Notes: generated by a model from the letters alone, not told the origin. A stretch of 64,000 nt of DNA from Eledone cirrhosa (GCA_964016885.1 OZ024743.1:3534001-3598000); one strand, 5' to 3'. Positions 1 through 14,442 are shown, counted from the stretch's first letter. Program-made: numbers and translations.

Positions 1-37
1 ATTCCATAACTCAAATTGTACCACTTAAAACTATTAT

Positions 38-221
38 AATTGTTTCTACTGTTGGCACAAGGCCAGCAATTATCCCAGTGGATTACTGGTACTTTATTGT
101 ATCGATCCCGTAAGGATGGAAGGCAAAGTTAACCTCGGCGGGATTTGAACTCAGATCATAAAGGGCCGTAATTCTATGCTGCAAAGCATGGCGTCCAACC
201 CTCAACTGATACTGCCAATCC
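38..221 (-). mobile_element. tRNA-derived SINE (family S1)
   Basis: Reverse-complement copy of the SINE at 295-499; has a B-box-like GAGTTCAAATCC and the central TTGCCTTCCATCCTTACGGGATCGATA segment. Confidence 0.85.
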
Positions 222-294
222 CTTAAATCTATTATAATAACCTATTATCATTATTATTATTATTATTATGGCGGTAGATTATTATTATTATTAT

Positions 295-499
295 GGCGGT
301 GGATTGGGAGTATCGGTAGAGGGTCGGACGCCATGCTTTCCAGCATAGTTACGTCCCTTTATGATCTGAGTTCAAATCCCGCCGAGGTTGACTTTGCCTT
401 TCATCCTTACGTGGTCGATAAAATAAAGTACCAGTAATGCACTGGGTGATTGCTGGCCTTGTGCCTAAAGTAGAAACAATTATTATTATTATTATTATT
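295..499 (+). mobile_element. tRNA-derived SINE (family S1), central domain resembling MetaSINE-type domain
   Basis: A-box-like head, B-box GAGTTCAAATCCC, conserved GACTTTGCCTTTCATCCTT..GGTCGATAAAATAAAGTACC, (ATT)n tail; repeated elsewhere in window. Domain name from memory. Confidence 0.85.
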
Positions 500-1109
500 G
501 TCATCAACTGTCAATGAACCAACATCATAACCTTTTATATTTTATATTTTATATTTCTCTCTTTCATTTTCTATCTTTCTATTTCTCTCCCTAAATTTAT
601 TTCATCTCTTACATTATGTCTTATCGTATTATTTTCACTTCTAATATAACTTACAATTAATTAATCAAATAATTAATTAATTATCTAATTAATTTATTAA
701 AGTAACCAATACATGCATGAATATATTTAACATTTTCATGTTTATGCCATCGTATCTCTATATTTTAACCAACAACACCACAACAATCATACTATGTTTA
801 CTTTTCACATATAAACATTTTTTATTTATTTATTTTCATATTTTGTATTGTTTTGTATTATCCTCGATGTAACTTGTTTATTAGCATTTATTCATTTATT
901 GTTTATATCATTATTTCTCCCTTTCTTTTTCTTTTTCTTTACCTTTTATATTTTTTCTTTATCTCTTTCTCTTCTTTTTCTCTCCTCTTTTATCTCTGTC
1001 TTTTTTCTCTATATCTTTCTCTTTTTTCCTTTTCTCCTTTTTCTTTTTTCTCTCTCTTTCTTTATTAATGATGATGTAATTTGAATTTGTGACAACTGAA
1101 CATATTTTA

Positions 1110-1439
1110 ACAGTTTCTCTGATGATCTGGTTAAGCTAACAACGTATTTCAAATTGAGTGGCACAGCTTCAAGTGTTCAACAATTTTTAGACAACTTAAT
1201 CAGTGAAACAATTGTTAGACTGTAAATAAAACCCCTTTTTGTACTGTTGACCATGTTATTCATCACTCTTTCAATATTATTACTCCAAGATAAACTTACA
1301 TAGGAATGCAAGAGAACTCATAAACTCGCCACCTACGTAAACCCCTTGTTGAGTCAAACAACACCGTACGCTAAAACTATCTACAATACGAAGTATTCAC
1401 AACCTCTAACTGGATTACGTATAACGATATTTTGTTATC

Positions 1440-1442
<3 letters not shown>
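1110..1442 (+). mobile_element. PLE pseudo-LTR-like element family A with hammerhead ribozyme (1110-1223)
   Basis: ACAGTTT..CTGATGA-long stem II-GAAAC AATT GTT-AGACTGT; ends at (TA)n; homologous to 8201-8652, 14645-14920 and 41596-42097. Confidence 0.8.
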
Positions 1443-1537
<95 letters not shown>

Positions 1538-1831
1538 GTGTATATATATATATATGTGTATATATATATATATATATATGTAAAATATTGGAGGCCATAT
1601 TCAGTTGATTCAAAGAAAAAAGATCAGCAAGAAATTTCATATGCTGACCAAGATACTCTCATGGAATAACCAAACGAGTTCTTTTTTTCTTTCAACATAG
1701 TCCCTGGAAAGAAACATGCCGTTATTAACAAGGAGAGTTGAAATTAATGCATGCCATATTTCACAGCTCTAGCATCCCTTCCTCATATTCAGCTTATGAA
1801 CTTTTCAGACGAATTATTATATATATATAAT

Positions 1832-3040
1832 ATTATAATATTAATTCAAAATATTAACAAAATAGATATTCTTGTAATCAATTATATTTTATTATACATA
1901 TTTCAGAGGTACTGAGTTAAGTTCAACAGTACGTCCTCATCAGATAAAATAAAATGATACATGACATACCCTGACATAGTAGATGGTTAAGATTCAGTCA
2001 TGGTAGTGATTAACTTATGACAAAACTCAATATTTATACCCTAATATTGAGAACATGAGATAATATAATACAAACAATAGAGAGGGTGCGTGAAATAGAG
2101 TTTAAGAAATACATGGCATCAATATAACAGTTATAACATTTTTAATTTTTAAAAACTACATTTTTAACTATATATATTTTTGAACAATATTTTCAGTAAC
2201 TTATTTACTTTATTCCATTATTGCATTATTGTATTATATTATATATATTTGAAAGGTATCACCCCAATTATAAACAAATAATAAACTATAATCTTTGTAT
2301 TTTTTTATCAATACATATATAAAATTTTAGAAATTAAACATAATTATATTATAATATTAATACAAATACCTATTAACTTTTAAAACCTAAAATATTATTC
2401 ATTACTCTGAAATAACTTAAATTAAATATTTTGAAAATTAACCGCCAACTATATTATTTTGGACATGTGTTGCTTATATGGAGATCTGTGTATATAAACT
2501 TGAACATAAATTACTCCCCTTTGTCTCTCTCTCTCTTTAATCATCTTTCATCTGTTTTTTCAAGCCACCTACTAAATATATTATCACATCAGCTGTTTCT
2601 TCCTCTATGCTTTTCTTTCCCTCCTCTTTCTCCAGTAAAAATAAAAAATGTATAACTGTTATATTGATGCCATGTATTTCTTAAGCTCTATTACACGCAC
2701 CCTCTCTATTGTTTGTATTATGTTATCTCATGTTCTCAATATTAGGGTATAAATATTGAGTTTTGTCATAAGTTAATCACTACCATGACCGATTCTTAAC
2801 CATCTACTATGTCAGGGTATGTCATGTATAATTTTATGTTATCTGATGAGGACGTACTGTTGAACTTAACTCAGTACCTCTGAAATATGTATAATAAAAT
2901 ATAATTGATCACAAGAATATCTATTTTGTTAATATTTTGAATTAATATTAATAACTCTGGAAAACCTTTTTGCTGTTGAGTGCTTCCAATCTATTGTAAA
3001 ACTCATTCTTTGATGTATTCATTAAACCTTGTTTAACTTT

Positions 3041-3043
<3 letters not shown>
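1832..3043 (+). mobile_element. Fold-back PLE pseudo-LTR element family B with two inverted hammerheads (1886-1950 minus, 2836-2900 plus)
   Basis: ~310-bp inverted arms (1832-2140 / 2648-2955); core ATTTTAT CTGATGA ggacgtactg..cagtacctct GAAA TATGTA TA ATAAAAT; right end abuts (TA)n. Confidence 0.8.
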
Positions 3044-3097
<54 letters not shown>

Positions 3098-3099
<2 letters not shown>

Positions 3100-3448
3100 G
3101 TGCTACACGAGAATGCTGAGGATGGCTCTGAACATTAATCAGTATACACTGAGGATGAAAAACTCAGAGCTGTATGGGAGCATCCCAAAAGTCAGCTCAA
3201 AAGTGACACAGAGGAGACTGAGGTTAGCTGGACATGCTCACCGACATCCAGAGTTGACATTGCACTCAGTGCTCCTTTGGGAGCCCCTACATGGACACAC
3301 TAGAAGAGGAAGACCAAGGTTAACGTATGTTGATGCCCTAAGGACAGACACTGGTCTATTGGAGACGCAGGACATGGCAGCGATAATGAGGGACAGAGAC
3401 CGCTGGAGAGAACTCGTCCATGGATCTCGGGAATTTTACCCGCCTTAG
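3098..3448 (+). mobile_element. RTE-clade LINE 3' fragment
   Basis: Translation RMLRMALNI..ELYG..RRLRLAGHAHRH..LLWEPLHG..RGRPRLTYVD..DRDRWR is a typical RTE RT C-terminus. Confidence 0.8.
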
Positions 3449-3501
3449 AAAAAAAATAGAATATATACTTAAAAGTCTGATGCTCTACCGACTGAGCTAT
3501 G

Positions 3502-3609
<108 letters not shown>

Positions 3610-3720
3610 ATATATGTGGTTATAGTGGAGTACTTCACGGTCATCTTTGGTAATTGAAACGGGCGTAGAAATAAAATGAATGTAAGCTGTTAACCTTAGT
3701 CTTTTGTCATATTGAGTATA

Positions 3721-4260
<540 letters not shown>

Positions 4261-4397
4261 GCGTAAGTCAGTGTGTGCGTGTGGATGGAGAGGGGTCGGA
4301 GGGGTGGGGGAGAGGGGCGTGCGGAGTCCAGAGGCCGAGTAGGTGCATGTGAGGATACGTACGTGTGTGTTTTTGTGTGGTGTGTGTGTGTGTGTAC

Positions 4398-4459
<62 letters not shown>

Positions 4460-4461
<2 letters not shown>

Positions 4462-5365
4462 TAAGACAGGGGGGAAGAAAAAATGGCTTCACTTGTGCTT
4501 TCAACAAATTTATTTTCTTCACAAAATCCAAAAAGAATTTTTTTCCGGATTAGAATATATATATATATATATATATTTTTTTTTCCCTAAAAAAAATTAT
4601 TTTATAAATTAAGTTGTTGGTTGTTGGTTAGGTCTTAGGAGTTCTTGGTTAACGTAGGAGGTATTGTTTCGTTTTTAGAACGACCTTTCACGCTGAGGTG
4701 CGCTTGTCAAACTGATGTGTATGTGGTGTGTCGTTCTATATATAGGGATTTAACATGTCTGTGGTGTGGTGGGGTTTTTATTCTCCCCCTTTAATAAGTG
4801 AATGGGTGTAGGTGTGTTGAAAAAGTGTTAATAGCAGTAATGAGTTGAGACGGTGAGTAGGTTTGGGTGGGGAGAAATGTAGCAAGTGCGGCCTGCTCCG
4901 GTCATTCTCGAAAAATTCCTTTATTCAGGGGAAAAAGCTTTTAGTATTCCTTTTGAGTTGAGAATGGTCACAGGCAAATCGCACCTGCAAAGTTTGTAAA
5001 CAATTATTTTTTTCTGAAGAATTTTTCTACGTCCATCCCAAAATTGTTAAATCCTATATATAGAACGACACACCACATACACATCAGTTTGACAAGCGCA
5101 CCTCAGCGTGAAAGGTCGTTCTAAAAACGAAACAATACCTCTTACGTTAACCAAGAACTCCTAAGACCTAACCAACAACCAACAACTTAATTTATAAAAT
5201 AATTTTTTTTAGGGAAAAAAAAAAAAAATTTTCTAATCCGGAAAAAAATTCTTTTTGGATTTTGTGAAGAAAATAAATTTGTTGAAAGCACAAGTGAAGC
5301 CATTTTTTCTTCCCCCCTGTCTTAATATATCTAACTGTACCAAGGATTACACACATTTTCCAATA
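4460..5365 (+). repeat. Fold-back element in (TA)n, ~280-bp inverted arms (4460-4755 / 5045-5326); probable PLE pseudo-LTR
   Basis: Near-perfect inverted arms, with one arm extended to a (TA)n junction; no canonical CTGANGA core seen. Confidence 0.65.
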
Positions 5366-6269
5366 TATATATATATATACACACACACAACCATCCACAC
5401 TCATACATTTATACACTCACATAAGTGCATAGATATATGAATTTCGAGCTAACCTGTTGTTTGTTTGCAAGTACTTCTTCCTAAATATATATTATATAAG
5501 CTGGAAAATAAAAACAAACTCACTCACATACACACACACACACTTAGACACTCACTCACATACATACACACACACACACATTTCCGCACACACACGCACG
5601 CTCGCTCACACATACACACATACAACTGCTTTTCAAGGACGACTAATTATAATTATGTCGAGTGTCGAAATACAGATTTAAATATCGTACGTTTTAACAA
5701 TAAAAGGAGTGCTACCTCCTGTTATGTTTTATACACACTATAAACATACATGTATACATACTTCTGATTTTCTATTGAATCCGAGGATGACCATCTCCGC
5801 TTCCCATTTTGGGCGATACTTTTGGATCTATTGTATAAATTTGAGTATGTGTGGGATGACTTAAGGGCCGCTCCTGGCGGCACACACTCTAACTACGCCA
5901 CTAGGATTGACCATGGTGTAACTAGCTGTTACAGATCCTACATAATAAATATGTGCGTACTGCATGTCCGTGATCCCTTATTTGTTACCGGTATAATCTG
6001 GATTCAATGCTTCTTGTATTAGTTCGACAGAGGATTCCTCTGTGTGTAATACTCTCCCAACAGATGACAAGAAGGATCTTCTGGAGATACTAGATGTTAA
6101 ATGTCTCCAGGGTTTAATTTTCTTGCATCCATACAAGGGAGTTGAAACACAGACCTCCCGGTAGAAGGGCACCTTCTTTAGAAAGACTCCCTTTCTAAGC
6201 CTTTCAAAGGATACAGAATCGTACCTGATATGCTTTTAGAATCTCTATCTTGTGTTAATTATTCGGGAA

Positions 6270-6459
6270 TGTTGCTGCCAACTTCTAAAAATCCAAACGA
6301 AGAGTATCATGAAAAAAAAAGTGCCCCAAAACGGGGAGAAATTAGGCAAAATAAAGAGATTTTTCATAATGAAAGCCATACCCATTTTCACAAGAGAAGA
6401 CATCTGTCACCTACCCCAAAGTCGGTGGGAGATCTCCCCGTCAGGAGTTGACAGGTCTG
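6270..6459 (-). mobile_element. MITE, degenerate inverted copy of 7210-7404
   Basis: Ends GAGTTGACAGGTCTG; internal similarity to the reverse complement of 7210-7404. Confidence 0.6.
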
Positions 6460-7209
6460 GTTATTACGTGTTGCTGGTGTATTGAGAATGTGTGAGGATA
6501 GAGGGTGCTGCAGTGAAACTCTCAAGCCCATTCTCTATAAGCCGTAACAGCTATCGAAATGTTAGTTCCTTGTGCTTCTTTTATGTAGCTACCGGGACGC
6601 AGTAATCTGTATACCGTATTTCAATGATCTATCCAGATCTGAGCTTCTCGCTGGCCTTCGGTTTTTGTCGAGTCAAAGTAAGTAGTGACTACCGCTTCCT
6701 TTACCCACATCGGTCACTCAGACGAAGAAAACATTTAATAATACATTGACAGTACACGCTATTGGCTATCTTTCGTTTTTACACTGAAAAACATCTAATG
6801 ATATTGTTATTCGTTTTTCTAGTAACGACCACCGTTATTGTTTATATAGGACTTCATCATCCAATGTGCCGGAAAAAAAGATAAGGTGGTAATGACTGTG
6901 ACAGTTTGTGTGAAATGCCTGTACAAACAGGAGTGACTTGGTATTAAATAAAAACAAAAACAACAACAGTAACAATAACAGCTGAAAATGTGCCCAGCTT
7001 ATACGTCATTATTCAGTAGAATGTAAAGCAGAGTGTGGTTTAATTGTATTGTATGAATCATTTGAGTTTGCGTAGGTGGAGTTTTCATTTCATTCCTTAA
7101 AAGATCAAGGTATTTCAATAATTTAAATCTGATAGCTACTACAGTCAACCAGCAACCTTCTATTGTTGGTATTTTAGGGATGTATATGAAAGCATATATA
7201 CAATAAACA

Positions 7210-7404
7210 CAGACCTGTCAACTCTCCCCACTCGACGTGCAAATCTTACACCCACTTTGCGGTGGGTGAGATATGTCCTCTCTTGTGAAAATGGATATAA
7301 CTTTCATCATGTAAAATCTACCCATTCTGCCTCATTTCTCCCCGTTTTGGGACACTTTTTTTCATGGTACTCTCCGTTTGGGGGTTTAGGAGTTGGCAGG
7401 TCTG
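7210..7404. mobile_element. MITE with 7-bp TSD (P-superfamily-like)
   Basis: TIR CAGACCTGTCAACTC / GAGTTGGCAGGTCTG, flanked on both sides by ATAAACA. Confidence 0.75.
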
Positions 7405-7907
7405 ATAAACATATAATAGCCTCGCTATCGAAGAAAGATGTTTTTTAGTAATGAAAAAATTATTGTTCTCTCTTTTACTCTATGAACATATCACATATAC
7501 CTCACAAATCACATATATTTTCTTAGCCGTTGAGGATCTCAGACAGCTGTTTTAAGATTCGTTAATCTCTCACCCAACAATGGCATTCACTCAACTGGTA
7601 CTGAGTTGCAAATAGACTCGATCTTATATATATATTGCCTATATAGATATTGATATTTGGATATCGATCGCGTGTCATTTAAGGGATTATACAACACATG
7701 CATTCGCACGCGCACATTCATATTTACACCTGGGAAGAACACACAGGAACCATGTAGTGGCTTGTGCCTAGGATTATGTATGTGTGTGTATGTGTGTGAG
7801 TCTGTGTTTGTGTGTGTATGTATGTATGTATGTATATATATATATATATTTATATATGTTTATATATATATATATATATATATGTTTATATATATATATA
7901 TATATAA

Positions 7908-7992
<85 letters not shown>

Positions 7993-8132
7993 CATACACA
8001 ATATTTTCCAGGTGACAGTAAATAACGCTTCAATCCACAACCGGCATAACATTTAAATGTTTTTGAACATCTCAACAGCGATACTTCCATATCTGAAATA
8101 AATTTCATTTAGGCAGTTTTGAGGAGGCCACT

Positions 8133-8200
<68 letters not shown>

Positions 8201-8652
8201 GTATAGTGTTTAGCAATTTTTAGACAACTCTATCAGTGAAACAATAGTTTTAGACTGTAAATAAATCTCCTCTTTTGTACTCTTTGTTGACCATGTTATT
8301 CTCCACTTTTTCAATATTATTACTCCAAGATAAACTTACAAAGGAATTCAAGTGAAATCATAAACTCGTCATCCTCGTAAACCTCTTGTTGAGTCATACA
8401 ACGCCGTACGCTAAAACTATTCATGATAAGAAGTATTCACAACCTCTAATTGGATTACCAGCGCGTCTCCCTTGCCGTCAACGGGGAAACGCCTTCTCCA
8501 TTCTGTCCGCCGGGGCTGTGGGTGGGCCCCATCGCGTACCATTACATCAGTTAAATACCATTCTTTCATCTCATACATACTAATCTGCTTTTATCGTACA
8601 TTTTTTGTGGCCAGTGAAACATTGGATTACCTATAACGATATCTTGTTAGCC
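8201..8652 (+). mobile_element. Family A pseudo-LTR, 5'-truncated inside the ribozyme, interrupted by a CRE-like fragment
   Basis: Homology to 1170-1442; retains the GAAAC..AGACTGT half of the HHR. Confidence 0.75.
8460..8620 (+). mobile_element. CRE-like (RLE-encoding) non-LTR retrotransposon 3' tip with 11-bp TSD
   Basis: Encodes RVSLAV/QRGNAFSILS; flanked by ATTGGATTACC at 8449-8459 and 8621-8631; homologous to 63560-63790. Confidence 0.7.
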
Positions 8653-8696
8653 TCTCTCTCTCTCTCTCTCCGAACTCCGAACTCCGAACTAGAGTT

Positions 8697-8831
8697 CAGA
8701 TCTAGCTGTCGAGACAGCGGGAGCTCAGCCGTCGGGGTCCTGACTCTTTTCCTATTACCCACTCTACTACTCTAAGTATCGAGTACTCTGGTGTGTTATA
8801 GTCCACCTGGTTCCTTACCACACTTTCTTTG
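8697..8831 (+). mobile_element. Family D short pseudo-LTR-like element
   Basis: Homologous to the reverse complement of 15633-15750, 24887-25010 and 26226-26350; ends at (TA)n. Confidence 0.7.
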
Positions 8832-8848
8832 TATATATATATATATAT

Positions 8849-8908
<60 letters not shown>

Positions 8909-9137
8909 ATTTCTATTTATTTTCCACGAGGGCACAAAAGAAGGGGACATTTACACAGTGGGGGAGTTTACATAAATCGAGTAAAGAAAAAGGAATAACA
9001 ATAATAATATAACAATAAAAAGTCCTCAAAAGGGAGGGGGCGTGTTGGGGATTGCACATACCCCCGAAAAGTGTGCAACTCTTTTCGCGGGGAAACCCAG
9101 AGAGGAGGCGCTCCCCCTTTCCTCTTCACTTCTTCAC

Positions 9138-12100
9138 CTACAGAACAATGTAGAGAGAAGGCCCATTTACACGGGCCATTCTCACTTCTTTCACCCACCT
9201 TTCATAAAACTGTCTGGGGCCAAGCACTTCTCTCTCCATCCTGATCCTTCTTCCGAAGTGGTATCGGAAGAAGTAAACCAGGTGATGGACGGAGAGAAAG
9301 TCACCCGACCTCAGACCTTTCAGGCGCGTCCACCACACAACCTCTTTCATTATGGCTATTACGCACAGAAAGACCGCCTCTGCTTCATTTCTGAAGGGAG
9401 GAGGCGGCTTGATGTTCACCACAGACTCGGCGGTTAATCGAATCGGCGCCACACGCGACAGCAGTCGTTCGACGTAGCCCCACAGATCGGCAACGCCCGG
9501 GCAGTGTACCAGTGCATGCGCAACGGTTTCCTCGTCGCGCACGCATCTGGGACAGATCTTTTTCGCGGGATCCCTGCCCGGGCGCCCGTGTCTGTAGAGC
9601 TTTTCTCGAACGGGCAGAGCCCCCCGGTAACACTGCCAGGCTAGGGACCTCTGGAAGTTGTCCATGGGTCCCGGGCCGAAAGTTCTACCGAACAGGCTGG
9701 CCAGTTCGTCCTCCTCCATGCCTAGCGACTCTCCAAGGGTGTCGTCGCCCTTGCTAGCCACCAACCCTCTATAGAATGTCGAGGTGGATTCTCCACTGAT
9801 AGTCGGGTCCGCTTGCCAGATAGCCGTGAGCGCCTGGGCACACTCGGTGTGCCAGTTGCCCAGTTTTCTCGGTCTTTGCTTCACCCAGGATTGCAGTTCG
9901 GTGAGCGAGACGAGCTGTGGGAAGGCTCGCCTCACAAACGGGGCCCACACCGGCTGACCGTTGAGGAATACCTGTAGATGCCGTAGCCTCAATGCGTGCC
10001 TACGCATCAACAGCCACGGCATACCCAGCCCTCCTTTCGAAGGGTGCTGGCAGCAGATGGATCTCCTCACCATGGGAGGCCGCTTCTTCCAGAGGAACTG
10101 GAAGAGCATGCGTTCCATGATGGTGAGCTTTTCCTTGGGGCAAGGCACGACGGTCAGGCGGTAATAGATGACGGACGCTATGTAAGCGTTCGTCACCTCC
10201 GCCCGACCTTTCAGTGATAGTTTGCACTTGGCCCACTTCTGGGTCAGCGCAAACACCCTGCTCGTCACCTCGCCCCAATTCTTCTCCACCTGGAGGTCCG
10301 GTCCGAACCAGACCCCGAGCAGCTTCACCGGGCCCTCCGTCCACCGCCCGACGACACCGTCTAACGGCATCGGTTTGCCCCTCCACGTTCCGAGTTGCAA
10401 ACCGACTGACTTGTCCTGGTTCAGCCTAGCCCCCGTCAGCCTTTCGTATTCCTCCAGTAGGGTGGCGATCGCCCCGATTTCCGAGGCGTCCACCACCATT
10501 ACTGTTACGTCGTCGGCATAGGCCGAGACCGCTTTGTGCAATCCCGGTTCCAGGGGTATGTCCCGCAGCAACTCCAACTTCCGCAGCAGTGGCTCGAGAG
10601 TCAATACGTACAGAAGGGAGGAGAGGGGGCACCCCTGTCTGATGGACCGGGTGATTTGAAACGGCTCCGAGAGGTAGCCGTTTACTTTAATCCTAGAGTA
10701 GATGTTGCCACTGTGCATGGCAGAAATCCAGCCCCTGAAAACGGGTCCGAAGCCCGCCGCCGCTAGCACCGCATCCAGGTAACCATGGTCGACCCTATCG
10801 AACGCCTTAGATTGATCCAAGTTGATCAGGGCCCCACCAAAGCCGGGTTCGTTGCCAACCCTCTCTATGATGTATCGCATGAGGTGGAGGTTGTCGTGAA
10901 TGGACCTGGACGGGATAGCGCATGTCTGCGCGTCTCCCACCAAACCACCCACCACAAGCGCCAACCTCTTCGCCAACACCTTGGCCAAAATCTGTAACTC
11001 TGCATTCAGCAGAGTTATGGGCCTGAAGTTACTTAAGTCGTCCCCCTTGCTCTCGTCCTTCCTCACTAGCGTGACCACGCCCTTGGTCACAGAACAGGGA
11101 ATTCTCCCGTTCTGTTTCCAGTTGCAATAGACAGCCTCGAGGAATTCGGAGAACAAGACTGGCATAGCTAAATAAAGTTCGTATGGTAAACCATCGAGAC
11201 CCGGAGATTTGTGTCTGCTGCATTGGCTGAGCGCTTCCCCGATTTCAGTGGCTGTGATTGGCCTTTCGCAGCACTCCGCTTCGCCGCTCGAAAGACGCGG
11301 TAGACCGTCGAGGTATGGACCGAAGTCCACATCCCCGTCCGGCCCCCCGCCCCCTCCGAACAGTCGAGCAAAGTGCCTTTGAAAGGCCTCGCACATCCGC
11401 TCAGGTTCAAGGATCACCCGTCCATCCTGGTCTCGCAAAGACCGAATGGTGTATTTAATCCCACTCTTGGCTTCTGTCACGCGGGCCCAGCTAACAGCTT
11501 TGGTCCCCTCGTTTCCTAAAGCACGTATTTTACTTCGGACAACGCAGCCTTCGTGCTTCGCGTCAAAGAACTGGCTCAACGCCGTTCTCGCCGCTAACAC
11601 TCTGGCCACGTCTCCGCTCCTAATCGCCTCTTCTAGTTTATCTGTTAACTCCCTTTCCTTCCTATTTCTATTCGCCGCTAGTTCCTTACTGTAACCTATC
11701 GAACTTACTCTAATCTCTCTCTTTAGAGATACCCACCACCTACTGTTGACGATCGCTCCCGTCAACCTCATCTTAACTAAGCTACTAATCCGGTTCCTGT
11801 AATCTTTCTTTGCCGGCAAGGACAAGTTCATCTTCCAGTAACCGGGACCCTGTCTATGCGTTCTATCAAGGTTGACCACGCAGGTCACTAATTTGTGATC
11901 TGAATAGCAAACCATGATCAATTCTGGACAACTAAATACGTCCCTATCCTTACTCCTAACCAAAAACCTATCTAGGTACGATCTAGATTGTCCACTGCGG
12001 TTTGCCCAGGTCCAGGTTGGCGCAGTTGGACAATCTAGCCGAAATCTATCGACCAGATCGAATCGATCGAGTAACCCCTTGAGGCTGCTACACCCCCCTC

Positions 12101-12570
12101 TATCGGGACATGCCCCTGCATAGTCCCAACGCGCATCTAGGATTCCATTCCAGTCCCCCACTAAAAGCAGGGAACGCGACGTTCCTAGAAAAGTCTCCAG
12201 ACGCTGGAAGAAGTCGGCTCTTTCCGCCCCGAAGGGGGCATAAAGACCGACCAGTCTGAAAGCCCCGCCTTCACCGCCTCCGACGTCCAGCACCAGTAAT
12301 CGACCCTCCGGGTCCGAGTGAACAATCTGTACGTCGAGAGCCAGACGTTTATCCAGCAGTACGGCAACTCCCCCCCCCCCCTCCTCCTGGTTGACAGAGA
12401 GATGCGTGCATCTCAAAGTCATCGAAGGCGGGCGCCAGCTGTCTCACGCTGCTGATCCAACTCTCGCAAACAACCATCACATCTATACTTTGTGACCTGA
12501 CGTCATTTAGAAGCTTTGCTTGCTTCCAAGCTGAGCCCAGGCCACGCGCGTTCAAACAACCAACTCTCAA
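9138..12570 (-). CDS. LINE ORF2: AP endonuclease + reverse transcriptase + C-terminal CCHC (frameshift at C-run ~12370-12381)
   Basis: LNARGL, GDWN, LDRFL, SDH (APE); KSPGLDG, FRPITLLN, DQSKAFD, RQGCPLS, YADD (RT); CPRC..ETVAHALVHC. Confidence 0.92.
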
Positions 12571-12575
12571 TTGAT

Positions 12576-14442
12576 CTATTTTGGTGTTGAAAGTGAAGAA
12601 AGAAAAGCACCTACCTCTCCGGGTTGTGTAATTTCCATGGCATCAGGTGTGTTGGGTGGAGGGATGTTTTGTGGTGGTGTGGGGGTACCCGTGTGTGGTG
12701 GGGTTGGGGTATTTGGAGTTGTGTCAGGGAGAGGGGCGGTTATGGAGAAATCTTTCAAGAGGACGCGATTTAACGGTTTTAAAGAGGGGGGGGGGGGGCT
12801 CACGTCCCGTCTAAGTTGTTCTTTTAAGGAACGATAAAGGTCCAGAGGGACTTTTATCATTTTTAAATGGGTGAAGTTCTCTGTTGAGATAAAGTTTGGC
12901 CCTTCTGTCTGCACCATAGGGTTATTGTTTATTAATTTAACCAGTTTTTTGTTTTCTTTATTTATATATGTGTATTGCAACGTCTTTTTTTGTGATGCTG
13001 TCAATGTTTCGGAGAGGGGAGGCGCAGATTTATTTTTGTTTGTTGAGGGTGGGGTGTTTTTGATTGGAGTTGGTGTTTGTGTGTGGGTTATTTGTGGTGT
13101 GCTGGGTGTGTGTTTTCTTTTTTCTCTTTTAACTTGTCTGAAGGCTTCTCCTCCTTCTTCTTCAGAAGTTGGGGGAAACTCTTCAGCGCTAGGTGGGAGG
13201 GACGTGTTGTGTGGTTGTTTTTTTTTGCGGGAGGGGTAGATTTGTTACTGTTTTTTTTATTATTTGTTTGGAATGGGTTTTGTGGTGGTGGTGGTAATGT
13301 TTGTGTCGTGCTTGTGGTTGGTGATGGTGGTGGTGATGTTTGTGTTGTGGTTGGTGGTGGTGATTTTTGTGTCGTGCTTGTGTTTGGTGCTGGTGGTGGT
13401 GATGTTTGTGTTGTGTTTGTGGTTGGTGGTGTCTGTATTTTGTTTGATGTGTGTGGTATTAGTGTATTTTTGGAGGTGGGTGGTGTTGGTGTACTGTTTG
13501 TGGTGGGTGTGGGCAATAGTCCTTTTTGGGGGATACGTTTCGGGCAGTTAGCCTTAACGTGTCCCCTTTCCATGCATAAATAGCATGCTGGTCTTCTCCC
13601 CTCTACAATTATGTCTATTGGGGTAAGGTCATCCAGCCAGATGCGATCCGGGATTTGTGCTATTCTTTCGGGCCTCATTTGGACTAGTATGTCGAGGCCC
13701 ATTCCCAGGAACGCATCTCCAGTTGCCTTCCCCATTGACAGCATTGTGTCTTCGCCCATATCTATGAAGCCAGCAATAGCCCACCAGAAGTCCATTGTGG
13801 GCAGCATTGTTTTTACTTTTACTCTCTGTGTTCTTCTACCCATGTAGGCGGGATAGAAGCTGTATGTTGTCGATGAGAGTGGGCTTAGGGAAAGCTTCTC
13901 CGCCGTTTCCTTGTCTTTTGTTAGGACCGAAATGCTGCCATAGAGTCGGTCCTTTCGTATGAAGAGAATATTCTTCATATAGTCTTTTAGGACCAACTCT
14001 ATCTCCATTTGGCTGGGCTGTGCTGGCTTTCTTGTTTGGTTTAGGATTGTTCTGAAGAGAACTGTGTTCTCTGTTCTCGCTTTCTTGAATTCTGGGGGGG
14101 GGGGGGAGTTAATGGAAAACATTCCGTTCTCCCCCAAAACAATGTGTTTCTTTGCTTCGGCCAGTTTTTCTCTGGCGTTAGGTCAATTGGTGTGTATGTA
14201 ATGGATTGTTTTGTTTTCTGGGCGAAAGTTGCCCTGTTGTTATTTGTATTATTTTCTGTTTGTTTGTTTTCCGTTTGCTCATTTTCCTTAACATTTGTTT
14301 TTTCATTTTCTTTGTTTGTTTCGTTGTCTAATTTTGTTGTAATTATTTTTTGTTCTTCAGACTTGGGGGGCGTGGCAGAGCTAATGGCAGACATGTCTGC
14401 CATCTTTTCCGCCATGCTGCCAAGAAAGAAATTTTTCGGCAA
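12576..14442 (-). CDS. LINE ORF1 gag-like protein, split by frameshifts at homopolymer runs
   Basis: Pieces 14041-14442, 13088-14137 and 12576-13240; zinc knuckle CYLCMERGHVKANC followed by a Pro/Thr-rich region. Confidence 0.75.

Noticed and set aside
295-400. tRNA-like A and B boxes
   Set aside because: These are SINE heads followed by SINE body and tail; no full cloverleaf.
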